From the human T2T-CHM13v2.0 reference genome, Homo sapiens: a stretch of 64,000 nucleotides of DNA. The translations under genes were made by a program, and so were the position numbers. Below, piece by piece: positions 30,337 to 45,411 of this stretch. The stretch lies in NCBI RefSeq assembly GCF_009914755.1, contig NC_060942.1. The stretch is one strand, 5' to 3'. Positions within the stretch are counted from its first letter, which is position 1, and each line of letters starts with the position of its first letter. The notes under the pieces were generated by a model. The model saw only the letters and a program-made list of their open reading frames with translations. It was not told the origin of the DNA and ran no database searches.

Positions 30337-31139
30337 CATTAGTCTCTTTTTGATGGAAAAGTATCCTGGAAAAATGAGGTTCTCAAGAAGCACAAGAGGC
30401 CCTGGGATGGGAGAGCAGGGAAGGTGGAGGTGGCAGGGAGGAGATGGGGGAGCAGTTTGAGCCTTTCTGTGAAATCTCGTTAAGGCCGTTGATAGAAATA
30501 ATTAGGTCTCTGTTCTCCTGAATCTGCTGGGTGAATTGGGCTGTGGGGTGGGGCGGAGGCAGCTGGGGTCTGGTGGAGCAAGGGGTGCCTTGTGGCTCCC
30601 TCCACAGCCTTCGGAGCCCCCAGATCCAGGACCCAGCCTGGAGTTTTCGCCCTCATACCCGCAGGCTCAACCCCTCTGATGAGGCCAGCTGGCATCGTGC
30701 CCTTTGCCTCAACCCGAGGCTCTAGGCAGACCTGGACTCCATGCCCTTCCTGGGCAGAGCACAGGACCTTCAGGGGAGTGGGGAGTAGAAGGAGGGAATG
30801 TGCTCAGGGCCGAGCTTGCTCAGGGCCGAGGCCCCAGGAGGAGACAGGCTCTGGGCTGCCTCTCCTCCAGGGCCTGCCACGTGTGTGTCTTCCTTGAATC
30901 TGAGCCTGCCTCCACTGAGGCCTCAGGCCTGCGCCACTACACTGGCCTCCAGAGCAGCTACTCTTGAGGGCTGGATGGCTTGAGAGGGAGGCAGGAAAGG
31001 AAGGAAGAGAAGGAAGGTGGGCAATTAGGGGAAGCTATCCCGTGTCCACACCCAGCACACTCCCGGCTTCAAATGCCCCAAAGGTCACATGTAGAAAGCA
31101 TGAGACACCATTCCATCCTAGGGGCCCAGCTAATACACC

Positions 31140-31300
31140 TGCAGGGTGAGTGAGATCAAGGTGCTTCACCTCACTGGACCTTGGTGTTTCACCTGCAAAA
31201 TGGGGCTGACAATTCCTATCTTGAGGGCTGGTGTGAGGACTGCATGAGTTAATGCTTGAAAAGGACCCAGAGCTGTGCCTGGACCTAGAAAGTGCTTGCC
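31140..31300 (+). mobile_element. MIR
   Basis: tttcacctgcaaaatggggctgacaatt...gtgtgaggactgcatgagttaatgc. Confidence 0.7.
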
Positions 31301-32544
31301 TGGGGCATGGTCCCCACAGGGAGTCCTAGAGGGGCCTCGAAGGGGTGACAGACAAGGGGGTGGAGGGACAACTTACAAAGGTGCGGGCAGGTTAGGAGAG
31401 ACAAGGCACCACCTGCCCAGCTTGAAGGCTTAGGAGGAAGACAGTTCCCGTTGCAGGGTGGGTGACAGAGCAGGGAGAGAGCTGCTTTTTGAGGACTGAC
31501 CTGCGGGACTCGGTGGGGGAAGAACACAGCCTTGACCAAGCCTCAGCCTCGGAGGGGAGCGGGCAGGAGTTTCTCACCGCCTCATTTTGCCTCTGACCTC
31601 CTGGCTGGGAGCCTCCCTGGCCCAGCTGAGCAGGGAGGTGGGGAGTCCCAAGGGGCTGGGGGCCGGGCAGCATTCAGGCCACCAGAGTCTATGAAAATGG
31701 ATTTTTGGTTCTGACAAGAAAGGGTCTTCAAGACACAGTGAGAACAAGAAGCAAATTGCAGGTGCACACGCACCATGAGACCCGCGTATATAATGGGAGA
31801 AGCCTCCCTGCTGCCTCTGTTTCTGCTGTCAGCATGGACCCTGGAGGGCACACAGCAAGCCTGGGACGGCTGTGACTCCGGAAGGTCAGGAGGGAGAAAG
31901 ACGCCCTCTCCACGCTGTATGTTTTGGTATCATCTAAATCATGCGCAGTTGACACAAATTCATGATTACTTATTTAATTAAAAAGTAGAAAACCCAAGAA
32001 AAACACAGGAACAGACTGCTCAAGTGTCCTCCAACTACCCAGAGGCTTTCTGCCAGGCAGCCTTGACACATGGAAAGGCCTGAAAACTTAGATTCTCATC
32101 AAAACTTCAGCACCTAACCCCTTCGGAGCCACATTGGGCTACAGGGCCCTCAGATAACAATATTTCCCCTTCTTCCCACATGCCTTTGTGAAGAATGAGA
32201 ATAAAGAATTTCTGCAGAAACCCCTTGCAATGGCTAAAGTGCTTTGTACACACCAGGGTGCCCCTGAACCTGCCTCAAGTGTAGGAAGGGGCTGCCATTT
32301 CTCCATGGCCCTGACACTGCCTGGAACATAGCCTGGCCCGGAGCTGGTGCTCAGCAGATGCCCGAATGAATGCACGACTGAGTCAGTCACGAACCTGAAG
32401 GAATGACAGGAACCCAAATAACCCATGATATCGAGCCCAGCGGTGGCGTCTGAGTCGTCACCTGGCCTGATGTGTCTGATCTATCAGCAGCATTCGCAGG
32501 GATGTCCTCCCCCTTGACTCACTTTCTTCATTTCCAGGCATAAC

Positions 32545-32822
32545 CCTCCTGCCTTTCCCTCCTCACACAGGCTCCTTCCCCTCCTCCCCCTCTTCCTCCC
32601 CTTCTACCTGTCCCCTTCCTTTTTCCCTTCCCCCTCCTCCATTTTCCCTTCCACCTCCTCCCCTTCTTCCCTTCCCCCTCCTCCCTTCTTCCTCGTCCTC
32701 CTCCTTCCCTTCTCTCCATCCTCCTCCCTTTTCCCCTCCCCCTTCCTCCCCCCTCCTCCCCCACCTCCTCTCCCTCCTCCCCTGCCTCCTCCTAGACTCC
32801 TTCCTCTCCTCCCTGCCCTCTT
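32545..32822. repeat. Polypyrimidine/polypurine low-complexity tract
   Basis: ~270 bp of almost only C/T on + (CCTCC, CCCTT units). Confidence 0.95.
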
Positions 32823-33384
32823 GGGTTAGATGCCCGGAACTTGGTCCTTGAACTCCACCCTGCCCCTTTGGCTCCCTGTCTCCTTGATGGTCTCATCCAA
32901 TCTTACCTGTTGGCTGACAACATCCACATTCACTCTCCCGCCCAGACCTCTCTCCTGAACTCAACAAAGCCGACCTCCTGAGCTTCTCCTCCCCAAACTG
33001 TTCTTCCTGAAGGATTCCCCAGTTGGGCTCATGGCAGCTTCGTATTACTCAGGCCAAAAACTTTGCAGTCACCCTTGGCCTCTCTCTTTCTCCTACCGAG
33101 TGTCCAATCCATCAGGAAATACTATTGGCTCTGCCTTCAAAATATGGCCAGAATCCACCACCTCTCCCCACCGGCGTTACCACGGCAATCTCATCTGGAA
33201 ATTTCAATTCCTCACTCTCCTTCCTGTGTCCACCCTCGTTCCCCTGCAGCCTCACATCAACATGGCAACCAGAGAATCCTTTCAAAATGCAGGCCATATC
33301 ACTGAGTCTCTGCTCAAAATGCTGACCCCTTCAAGGGCTGCCATTCACCCAGGGTAAAACCAAAGACCTGGCAGTGATCTTTAC

Positions 33385-33580
33385 AGCGGTTCTCAAAGTA
33401 GGGCCCCCAGACCACCCACACCTGCACCTGGGAGCTTGTTAGAAATGCAGTCTCTCAGGCCCTGGCCTGGACCTACTGAACCAGAGACTCTGGGTGGGGC
33501 TGGGGGAGTAGCAAGCTGGGATTCCCAAATCCTCCAGGTGGTCCTGACAGTCCTGGCTCAAGTTTGAGGACTACTGGTCT
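33385..33580. mobile_element. MER5A hAT-Charlie fossil
   Basis: cagcggttctcaaagt...cacctgggagcttgttagaaatgca...gacctactgaaccagagactctggg...aagtttgaggactactg. Confidence 0.85.
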
Positions 33581-33793
33581 GTAAGGACCTACCTGATGGG
33601 CCCCGCGCCCCTACACCCCAATCAATCACTTCATTCCAGCCACAGAGCCCTCCTTGCCGACCAGCGGACACCAAAACACGCCCTGCCCTCAGCCTCTGTC
33701 CTGGCTGTGCTCTCTGTACCTGTATCACCCACTCTCTCACCTCCTTCAAGTCTCAGCTCAGTGTCCCCTTCTCTATTTAAAATTTCAACTCTT

Positions 33794-34222
33794 GGCCTAG
33801 GTGCGGTGGCTCACGCCTGTAATCTCAGCACTTCGGGAGGTTGAGGTGGGCGGATCACCTGAGGTCAGGAGTTTGAGACCAGCCTGGCCAACGTGACCAA
33901 ATTCCATCTGTACTAAAAATACAAAAATATTAGCCAGGTGCGGTGGCTCACGCTTGTAATCCCAGCACTTTGGGAGGCTGAGGCAGTTGGATCACTTGAG
34001 GCCAGGAGTTTGAGACCAGCCTGGCAAACATGATGAAACCCTGTCTCTACTAAAAATACAATAGTGTAGCTGGGCATGGTGGCAGGTGCCTGTAGTCCCA
34101 GCTACTCAGGAGGCTGAGGCAGGAGAATCACTTGAACCTGGGAGGTTGCAGTGAGCCAAGATAGCGCCACTGCATTCCAGCCTGGGTGACAGAGTGAGAC
34201 TCTGTGTCAAAAAAAAATAAAA
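33794..34222 (+). mobile_element. Three-arm Alu (left-left-right) within one 14-bp TSD
   Basis: Left arm 33794-33930, then a full dimer; taaaatttcaactc at 33778-33791 and 34223-34236. Confidence 0.85.
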
Positions 34223-34486
34223 TAAAATTTCAACTCCCTTTGTCACTATTTATTATCTTCTTCTATTTCATGTAATTTTCTTATGATGTTATTGCTTAGA
34301 GGCTAACTTCTCCCACTAGAATGTCAACTCCATTTGGACAGGAATCTTTGCCCCTTTTGTTCACTGAGGCATCCTGAGTGCCGATAAATCTGCCTGACTC
34401 TGGCTGGGGAAGCACAGAATAAGTCTTTGTTGAATGAATGAATGAAAAATCCACATAACCCCAAACAGCAATAACTACTATTTCTT

Positions 34487-34711
34487 TTTTTTTTAATTAT
34501 ACTTTAAGTTTTAGGGTACATGTGCACAACGTGCAGGTTAGTTACATATGTATACATGTGCCATGTTTGTGTGCTGCACCCATTAACTCGTCATTTAACA
34601 TTAGGTATATCTCCAAATGCTGTCCCTCCCCCTCCTCCCACCCCACAACAGTCCCCGGTGTGTGATGTTCCCCTTCCCGTGTCCAAGTGTTTTCATTGTT
34701 CAATTCCCACC
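34487..34711 (-). mobile_element. Short 5'-truncated primate L1PA 3' end
   Basis: ttatactttaagttttagggtacatgtgcacaacgtgcaggttagttacatatgtatacatgtgcc...cattgttcaattcccacc; degenerate TSD aactactatttctt / aaccactagttctt. Confidence 0.92.
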
Positions 34712-34911
34712 AACCACTAGTTCTTGAGCATGTTTTATTCTGACTTCTTTTCAAACATTAGCTCTAATTCTCTCAGAATTTCTACAAACTCAAGGCACCA
34801 TCTCCATTTTTTCTCTTAAAAATAATTGCTTTTGCTTTTTATCTTTTTAATTAATGTATTTTTTACTGTTAGAGTACTTGATTTTATTTGGTGTAAGTTT
34901 GGTTATTTGAC

Positions 34912-35817
<906 letters not shown>

Positions 35818-36769
35818 CATTAACCTTTCCACACCCACCCCTCCACCCTTACCATCTCCATTTTATGGACAGAGAACTGAATTCAGAGAGGATAAGCAGT
35901 TTGTCAAAACTGGGCAAAAAGAGTTTGCCCAGATAAAGGAGCTGGTGTTTGGTGTTTCTACCAGTCCTCTCAAAAGGTCACTGAATCCCACTAGCAGGAG
36001 GTGACACACAGCCTCACGCTACTGCAGTGTGGACACAGCCACCGTTGGAGAAACATGCAGTACAAGGTAACCCGGGGCCTAGTGGCCTGGGACCAATCCA
36101 TCCTGGAAAAAGGCACAAAGAAAGCTCCAGAATTTCTCATTCCCCCAGTGCTGGGCAGGGAATGCTTGGCTCCTGGGAGTCTGCTGTGGTGAGGAGGGGG
36201 CTGGGGAGCAGGGTGGGCTGATGTGGCGGCTGGGCCACCATCCAGCTTCCTCTAGATTCTCATGCACATTTAGAGAATGTGCCCCTTCACCCAGTCTCTC
36301 AGCAACCGCCTTCTGCAGCAGGCGGGAAACGATCCATTAATGATACGTTAGGAAACCCTTACTGAAAATAATTACACCCTCCTCGGAGCGAGACGTGTCA
36401 AAACACGCTGGGAGGATTCGTCAGCGCAGGCAGAGCCCAGGGGCCGCCCCCTCCTTCCACCCACTCCTCTCTCAGCCTGGCATTTCTTCCATGCACAGAC
36501 CTTTTCTCTCCCCTTCATGAGGTGGGAAAAGTGGGGGGCACCCACAAAATCCACACTCCATGTTTTTTTCTAAACCACACTACTCAGCTAGCACAAGGCT
36601 CAGGGGATGAACAACACGTTTTCAGAACAAAACTCTATATGCGCTGGGGAGAAGGACTGAAGCCAGGGCTGCCCTAGGCAATCAGGGATGGCTGTCATGG
36701 GGGCTACAGGACCGAGACATGATTCCTGCAGTGGAGTTTGCAGAACCTTCCTGGGCTTGGGGCTCAGGC

Positions 36770-36950
36770 TGACCCGGGCTTCAACCCTATGTGACCTTGA
36801 GTCAGTCTTTTTGTTTCTCTGTGCCTCAGTTTCCTCATATGTAAAACGGCCATAACAAATTTGTAGGGTTGTGACCTTTAATCAACGGGCCTCACTCTGT
36901 AGCACGGAACCTGGCACATCCTAGGTGATTAACATAGGTGCCTAACACTC
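36770..36950 (+). mobile_element. MIR
   Basis: gtgaccttgag...ctctgtgcctcagtttcctcatatgtaaaacgg...cctggcacatc. Confidence 0.8.
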
Positions 36951-38011
36951 TCACAGGACAAATGTCACTTCATAGTGAAAACTGAAATACATAGCACCAC
37001 TTACTAAGTAGTGACGAAGTTTGGAGGAGGAGAGAGATCCCAGCAGGCTGGGTAATTAGGAAGAGATGCGTTTTAGAGAATGGGGAGGAATTGCAACGTC
37101 AGTGGGACAGTGAAGGTCTTCCAGGCGAGGAGACAGTGACGAGGGGTCTGGAGCGACAAACACTTAGCGACATCTAAGAGTATCTCCTTGGTTTACTTGC
37201 TGTCTCCTTCACCAGAGCGCAGGCTCCACGCGGACTGAGTCTGTCTGTCTGGTTCTCTATAGCAGATGCTTAGATAATTGTTGAATGGATACAGGAATAA
37301 AATGAGATGTGCCAGGGAGGACGGGTGATGCAGGATCCCAGGCCCCAAGCTGGGGAGCTGACTTTGGAGGCAGTAGGAGAATGGGAAGCATTTTGGTTAC
37401 AATGTGCATGTGTACAAGAAACGCTTCTCTATACTGCGGGAGGTCTGGAAGGATTCACTCTCAACTATTAAGAGGAGTAAGCTCTGGAGAGTGGGAGGGG
37501 AGTGGAGGTTTTTCAACATTTACTGTATATACGTCCCTACTGTTCGGATTTTTAAAATAACAAGTGTGTTTTGTAACTTTTTTTTAAGTTTAATTTTAAG
37601 AAAATTGGGAAGCGCAGGAGCAGGGGAGGGGGGTGAATTGGTCTGTGAGGAGTGTCAGCCCGTGGCTGCTTGACGGTCTTGCATTGCTCCTCCCACTTCC
37701 GCAGTAATGGGGAGACCTGGGGGGCGCTGGGGGACATCACGATCTGAGTGAGGGGTTGCTGGTGTCTCTCCTCCCAACTACCACTGCCAATTGAACAGTC
37801 CAGGTCCAGGAGGACTCGTGTGGCTCCCAAAAATGGCTGGTGGCCCTGAGGGGAGAGAATGGCTGCTGTCCCTCTCCCTGCCCCACCTGGGTCCCCTGCA
37901 GCAGGACTCTCTGCCCATTGAGGGAGAACCACCCATCCATCAACTGGTTTGGGACCCTGGTTGAGACTGCAGAGGACCCAGGAGCCTCTGAGATTACCAC
38001 CCCTCAAGGCT

Positions 38012-38024
38012 ACACAGACACACA

Positions 38025-38056
<32 letters not shown>

Positions 38057-38072
38057 GACACACACACACAGA
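38012..38072. repeat. (CA)n microsatellite, interrupted
   Basis: Direct inspection. Confidence 0.95.
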
Positions 38073-38703
38073 TACATCCCTTTCCTTTTAAGTGAGGCTG
38101 GTTTCCAGCCTTCTGAGACCATGACAAAATGGCGGGCCAAGGGCATTGTCAGAAGCAGGGCCAAGGCCAGAAGGCAGCGGGGCAGTTTCAGGGTGAGTGG
38201 GCTTTGCCTGGCAGAGAGGGAAGGGGGCAGAGCCGAGGCCTAGGCCTGGCACAGTGGTGGGTTTCAGCAGGAGGCTCAGGCCTCGTGGGGAAGGAGGGCT
38301 GGAGGGAGCCATCTCAGAGGCTTCAGCCTTAGGGCCCTGGGGTGGAAACAGGGGCGCCGGTGGTCTCTGCACTTCAGAAAGACCAACCTAGAAGGGCCAC
38401 AGAGGGAGACAGGCAGTGGTTCCCACTGAGCACTGGGCGGGTGGGGTGGTTCTGAGGGAAGCTGTCCTGTCAAAGAGGCCAGAGGCAGCTGAAAAAGATG
38501 AAGGGCTCAAGGATGAGCCAATCTATGCATAACCCAGAGCACACTCCGGTCCCCACCCTCACCCCCAGACGCCAACAGTCACCTTCAGTTGAGAGCTTTT
38601 GCTGGATCTCTCAAGATCATCCCTTTTATTTTCTAACTTTTCTTTATATGTTTGCTGAAAAAATATTAAAACAACACAAAAGATCTAAAGGAGAAGTGAA
38701 TGT

Positions 38704-38985
38704 TGGCCGGGCGCAATGGCTCGCGTCTGTAATCCCAGCACTTTGGGAGGCCAAGGCAGGAGGATTCCTTGAGCCCCAGACTTTGAGACCAGGCTGGCAA
38801 CATGGCAATACCTCGTCTCTATAAAAGATTTAAAAAATTAGCCAGGCTTTGATTCCAGCTACTCAGGAGGCTGAGGTGGGGGGATGGCTTGAGCCAGGGA
38901 GACTGAGGCTACAGTGAACTGTGATCTAGCCACTGCATTCCAGCCTGGGTGATGGAACAAGACCCTTTCTCAAAAAAAAAAAAAA
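38704..38985 (+). mobile_element. AluJ-like element with internal deletion; A14 tail then G7
   Basis: Sense Alu lacking the start of the right arm (agccaggctttgattccagctact). Confidence 0.9.
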
Positions 38986-39337
38986 GGGGGGGAGGTGCTG
39001 CATTTCCAGCACTTAGAATAGCATTTGTTCATACTAGTTTCTCAATAAATATTCACAGAATACTTGAAAGAAAAATAAATGAATGTCTACCCCATCCCTA
39101 GCCACCTCCTTCTAGTTCCACTCTCTGCATTTGACAGTCTCTCCCTCTCTCTGTGTGTGTTTATTCTCTCTTATTATCAACATTGATTTGTTTTGTTTCC
39201 GCAAACTTGAGGTCATCTTCTACATGTTCCTCCATGACTTGCTTCTTCTCTTAAAGATACACTATCATAAAAGTTATTTCTAAGTCATGCCATGCCTGGG
39301 ATTCATAGTAGAGGCGCCAGAATTTATTGGAGCAACC

Positions 39338-39658
39338 TGTTCTTGGTGGGCATTCAGCTGCCTCTAATATTTTGCTAATTCATTGTTCTTGGTGGGCATT
39401 CAGCTGCCTCTAATATTTTGCTAATTCATGGTTCCTGGTGGGCATTCAGCTGCCTCTAATATTTTGCTAATTCATTGTTCTTGGTGGGCATTCAGCTGCC
39501 TCTAATATTTTGCTAATTCATTGTTCTTGGTGGGCATTCAGCTGCCTCTAATATTTTGCTAATTCATTGTTCTTGGTGGGCATTCAGCTGCCTCTAATAT
39601 TTTGCTAATTCATGGTTCCTGGTGGGCATTCAGCTGCCTCTAATATTTTGCTAATTCA
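39338..39658. repeat. 46-bp minisatellite (VNTR), 7 copies
   Basis: Unit tgttcttggtgggcattcagctgcctctaatattttgctaattcat at 39338, 39384, 39430, 39476, 39522, 39568, 39614; copies 3 and 7 start ggttcct. Confidence 0.98.
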
Positions 39659-39720
39659 GACAAAGGTGCATGGACATCTGTCCAAACTATTTTCATGAGC
39701 CTGTGCAGGGGCTTTTATGA

Positions 39721-40183
<463 letters not shown>

Positions 40184-41085
40184 TTATCAATATTTTATTT
40201 TTTTCCAGTCTGGTAGAGAAAAAAAATCTCATTATTGTCTATTTGCACTGAAGCAAATAAGCCTCTTTTTATAAGTTTATGAACCATTTTATTTTCTTCT
40301 GGGAATTTCTTCTCCCCATCTTTTGCTTATTTTTCTATTGTGTTACCTTTTTCTTATGTGCGATTCAGGATACTAACACTTTATATTTTACATATATTGC
40401 AAATTATTTATTTTCTCATGGTGTGTCAGCTTTGAACTTTGTAAATGATGCCTATTCACCCCTTTCCTTTTCCAAGTAGCCAAAGGATTTCCTTTTGTTT
40501 TCTGGCTGTTCCTCACCTCCCTGAATCCCAGGGTAAACATGATGGAGACTCAGACCCTCAGACCTTGTTGGTATAAGAGCCAAGCTTGGAGGGGCTTAAC
40601 CAGGAGGGGCATTATGTCAGGCAGGGACCCCGGGCCAGGTGGACCCCAGCCTCTTAGCCTCCCCCAGGGCTGCAGCCACATTCCCTGGCCCACTAGTTTG
40701 ATCCAGGCCCCAAACTTCCCCAGGAAAGGAGGTGAGCGGGAGCTGCGGGTGATTTGCTCCTACCAGATGCTATCCTGCTGGCCTCCAGGGGAGAGGTGAG
40801 GGCAGACCCAGCCAGCAGGGCCTTCTCTGCAGCACCGCCTCCAAGGCACCCAGATAGGGGAGATATGCTGATAGACTTTTCCTGAAGAAGGGGTCTCTGG
40901 CTCCAGTGGGGAGACTGCCTGACTGACTGCATTACAAGTCCAGGGGAGACGCCAGCCTTATCACTCAGGCCTCTGGAGGACGCCTCTGGAAAATGCGCCA
41001 GTGGAGGGGCGGCCTCTGGAGCACAGCCTCACCACCGCCCGGCCAGCCCTGCTCAGCAGCCATGAGCATAGCTGCCCTTTGTTAA

Positions 41086-42326
<1,241 letters not shown>

Positions 42327-43189
42327 TCGAAAACTTTTCTTATCATGAAATAGGCATCAACTAAAGTGCATTCAAGACAAATGTGCAGTGGAATAAATGA
42401 TTTAAAAGGAAATGCCTGCAGCCACGCAGATCATGGGAATATTTCCAGCATCCCAGAAGCCATCCTCGTCCTGGGGGGCCCCCTCCTAGTAGTCCCAAGC
42501 TTCTCCTCCTCCTTCCCCCTAATAAGTAGCCACCGTTCTGATTTGATGACAATCACTTCTTGCTGGACTTCACATGTTTTTCCACTATGGTTTGACTTTG
42601 CCGGTGTGTCTCTCTATTTTTCACCCTGGGTCAATTTCCTGGAGTTTTCAAGGCTGGACTATTGGGTGCGTGATCCAGGCCACCCGTTCCCTCTGTGCCC
42701 CACTCCTCCTCCCAGGCGCCCAGCCCACAGCCCACAGCCCACACTTCACCCTATAGAGAGTCAGGCTGGGGAGGCCGCAGGCTGGCCGTTCACAGAGGGG
42801 AATTCCTTCTCCACCCCTCGCTGCTGCACAGCCTCGGGGAAGGTTATTCAGTGCTTTAGGCTCCAGTGTCTCCTCTATGAAGTGAGCTCTCGGGAAGGCT
42901 GAATGTTGTAATGCTTGGAGAGGGTCTGACTTTCCTTCTCGAACCTTCCCACCTCCCTGCTTGGCTATTTCTATTCCTGGCACCTGGCATGCTTTTTCCT
43001 TCCCTTTGCACAGATTCTTGGATTTCTCCATCACAGCCCAATCCAAATGCATTTATGACCCTCTGCCCGATGACTTACTCTTCCAGATTTATTTCTCATG
43101 CTGCATCCCTACATTCTAAAAGGCTAACAAAAGCCTCTGCTATTCATTGGGCCTGCAGGCTCTTTCGAAGTATTATCCACCATCAACTA

Positions 43190-43300
43190 GAAGTGGATTA
43201 TAGCTCTGTTTTATAGATGAGCAAATTGAGGCTTGCAGAGGGTAAGTGATTTTGCCCAAGGTCACAGAGTTGGTGAAGGACAAAACTGGGAATCCAACTC
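43190..43300 (-). mobile_element. MIR
   Basis: ttttatagatgagcaaattgaggcttgcagagggtaagtgattttgcccaaggtcacagag. Confidence 0.8.
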
Positions 43301-44597
43301 TGTCTCTCCAGTTGGGGCCATGTTAGCCCATGTGACACCTTTCTTCACCCAGTTCACAGTGGCTGTGGCCATTTCCAAGGCAGCTGCCTCACGCTTCTGA
43401 CCGAGGAACTACACAGAAGTGGCAAAGAGCACCAGAGCCAGAGAGCCCAGGCCTCAGCCCCAGCACAACCACTTTCTGCCCGCTACCTTCAGCTTCCTCC
43501 TCTGTAAACGTGGGATGAAAGATAGCACTTACCGCCTCTGCAAACCTGCTGGCGAAGAGACCGCTTCCCCCATCGCGTTGTTATCAGCATTAAATGAGTT
43601 TATACACGCTCATTCCTGTGCCTGCTATGCTCCACAGATGTTACTTGTTACGCACATTCCTCACTCGGGGCTCCCAGAGGCTCAGCTTTCGTGCGGGGAA
43701 ACTCCAGCCTCAGCCTCAGGTCTAGCCACATGGTTGAGGCCCCTCCACAAGCCTCCCAGAAGCCACGCTGTGTGTCTCCCACTCACCCACAAACCATCTC
43801 TTTGTGGAGCCTTGAAGCTGGGGGTTGGGGGAACCTTGCCCTTACACTGATGATGAAGGATCCCGAGGGCTCTGGGAGCCTCCAGTGGGTCCCAGCTCTG
43901 TGGCAGGAGGTTGGGCCACCGGGCAACGTCCATGAGTGCACATCACCCTGGGTCCCAACCCTTCCCTAGGCCTGGGCCTGTCCCGAAGTGGGTGCATCCA
44001 TCTGACCCGGGAGCACTGGGGGTGCTGGAGGTGAGAGAAGGCACATGCAGGAGCTGACCTTAGTTGGGTGCCCTGAGTATGCTGGACCACATGAGAGGTG
44101 CTTCACAAATATTCTGTATTTTTCACTACCCTGTGAGATAGGTGACGTCAATTCCCATCTTATACTTGTGAAAAAGAAGCTCAGAGAGATTAAGCAATAC
44201 ACTCAAGGTCACATAGTTTTGGAATTCATACCAGGTCTGTCTGGCCCCAGAATCCAGGTTTTCCTTCCACAACAAACTTACTGCCCTAAGGTGGACAGTC
44301 CTCTGGTGTTAGCTGCGGGCAGTCCTGAGGGAATGATAAAGGTGAGACCCTCAACTCTCCCAAATAAGGGCCCCATCTCTGCTTCACAGAAATAGACATT
44401 TCAGAGACTTAAGAGAGGGGGATTGTGTTGAGTCTCTAGATAGATTTGGGAAGTATTGCCATCTTAACAAGACCAATTCGTGAATATGGGATTCATGAAC
44501 ATGGGATTCATGAACATGGGATGTCTTTCTATTTGTTGTAATTTTTAAAAATTTCCTTCAACAAGGTTTTATAGTTTTTAGAGTATAAAAAGATCTA

Positions 44598-44845
44598 CTT
44601 TTTTTTTTTTTTTTTTGAGAGAGGGTCTCACTTCCATCACCTAGCCTGGAGTGCAGTGGTGAGATTATGGCTCCCAGCAGCCTTGACCTCCCAGGTTTAG
44701 GTGATCCTCCCACCTCAGCCTCCCAAGTAGCTGAGAGCATAGCCTGGCTATTTTTTATTTTTTGTAGAGATGGGGTCTTGCCACGTTGCCCAGGCTGGTC
44801 TTGAACCCCTGGGCTCAGGTGATCTGCCTGCCTCACGCTCTCAAA
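44598..44845 (-). mobile_element. AluJ-like, internally deleted
   Basis: Antisense Alu lacking the ctacaggcgcccgccacc segment. Confidence 0.88.
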
Positions 44846-45028
44846 TGCTACATTTCTTTTGTTAAAGTTATTCCTAAGTATTTTATTCTTTTTTATGCTA
44901 TTATGAATAGAATTGTTCTTTAAATTTCATTTTAGGTTCCTCATTTCTAGTGTATAAAGTCAGTTTCTGTGTATTGATTTTATATCCTGCAAATTTTGCT
45001 GAACTTATTAGTTCTAATTGTCTCTTAA

Positions 45029-45411
<383 letters not shown>

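Larger units (their letters stand above)
32860..34445 (+). mobile_element. L2 LINE relic interrupted by MER5A (33385-33580) and a three-arm Alu
   Basis: tcaggccaaaaactttgcagtcacccttg...tactattggctctgccttcaaaat...tttgttcactg...gttgaatgaatgaatgaa (L2 3' terminus). Confidence 0.75.

Noticed and set aside
31765-31800. TATA-like tatataa with nearby MRE/XRE-like motifs
   Set aside because: Isolated short motifs with no CpG island or downstream exon; chance occurrence is likely.
32528-32764. Gly/Arg/Lys/Glu-rich ORF resembling an RGG or basic protein
   Set aside because: Translation of the polypurine strand.
39338-39658. CRISPR-like array
   Set aside because: Units are contiguous with no unique spacers, there are no cas genes, and the context is a primate genome. 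It is a minisatellite.
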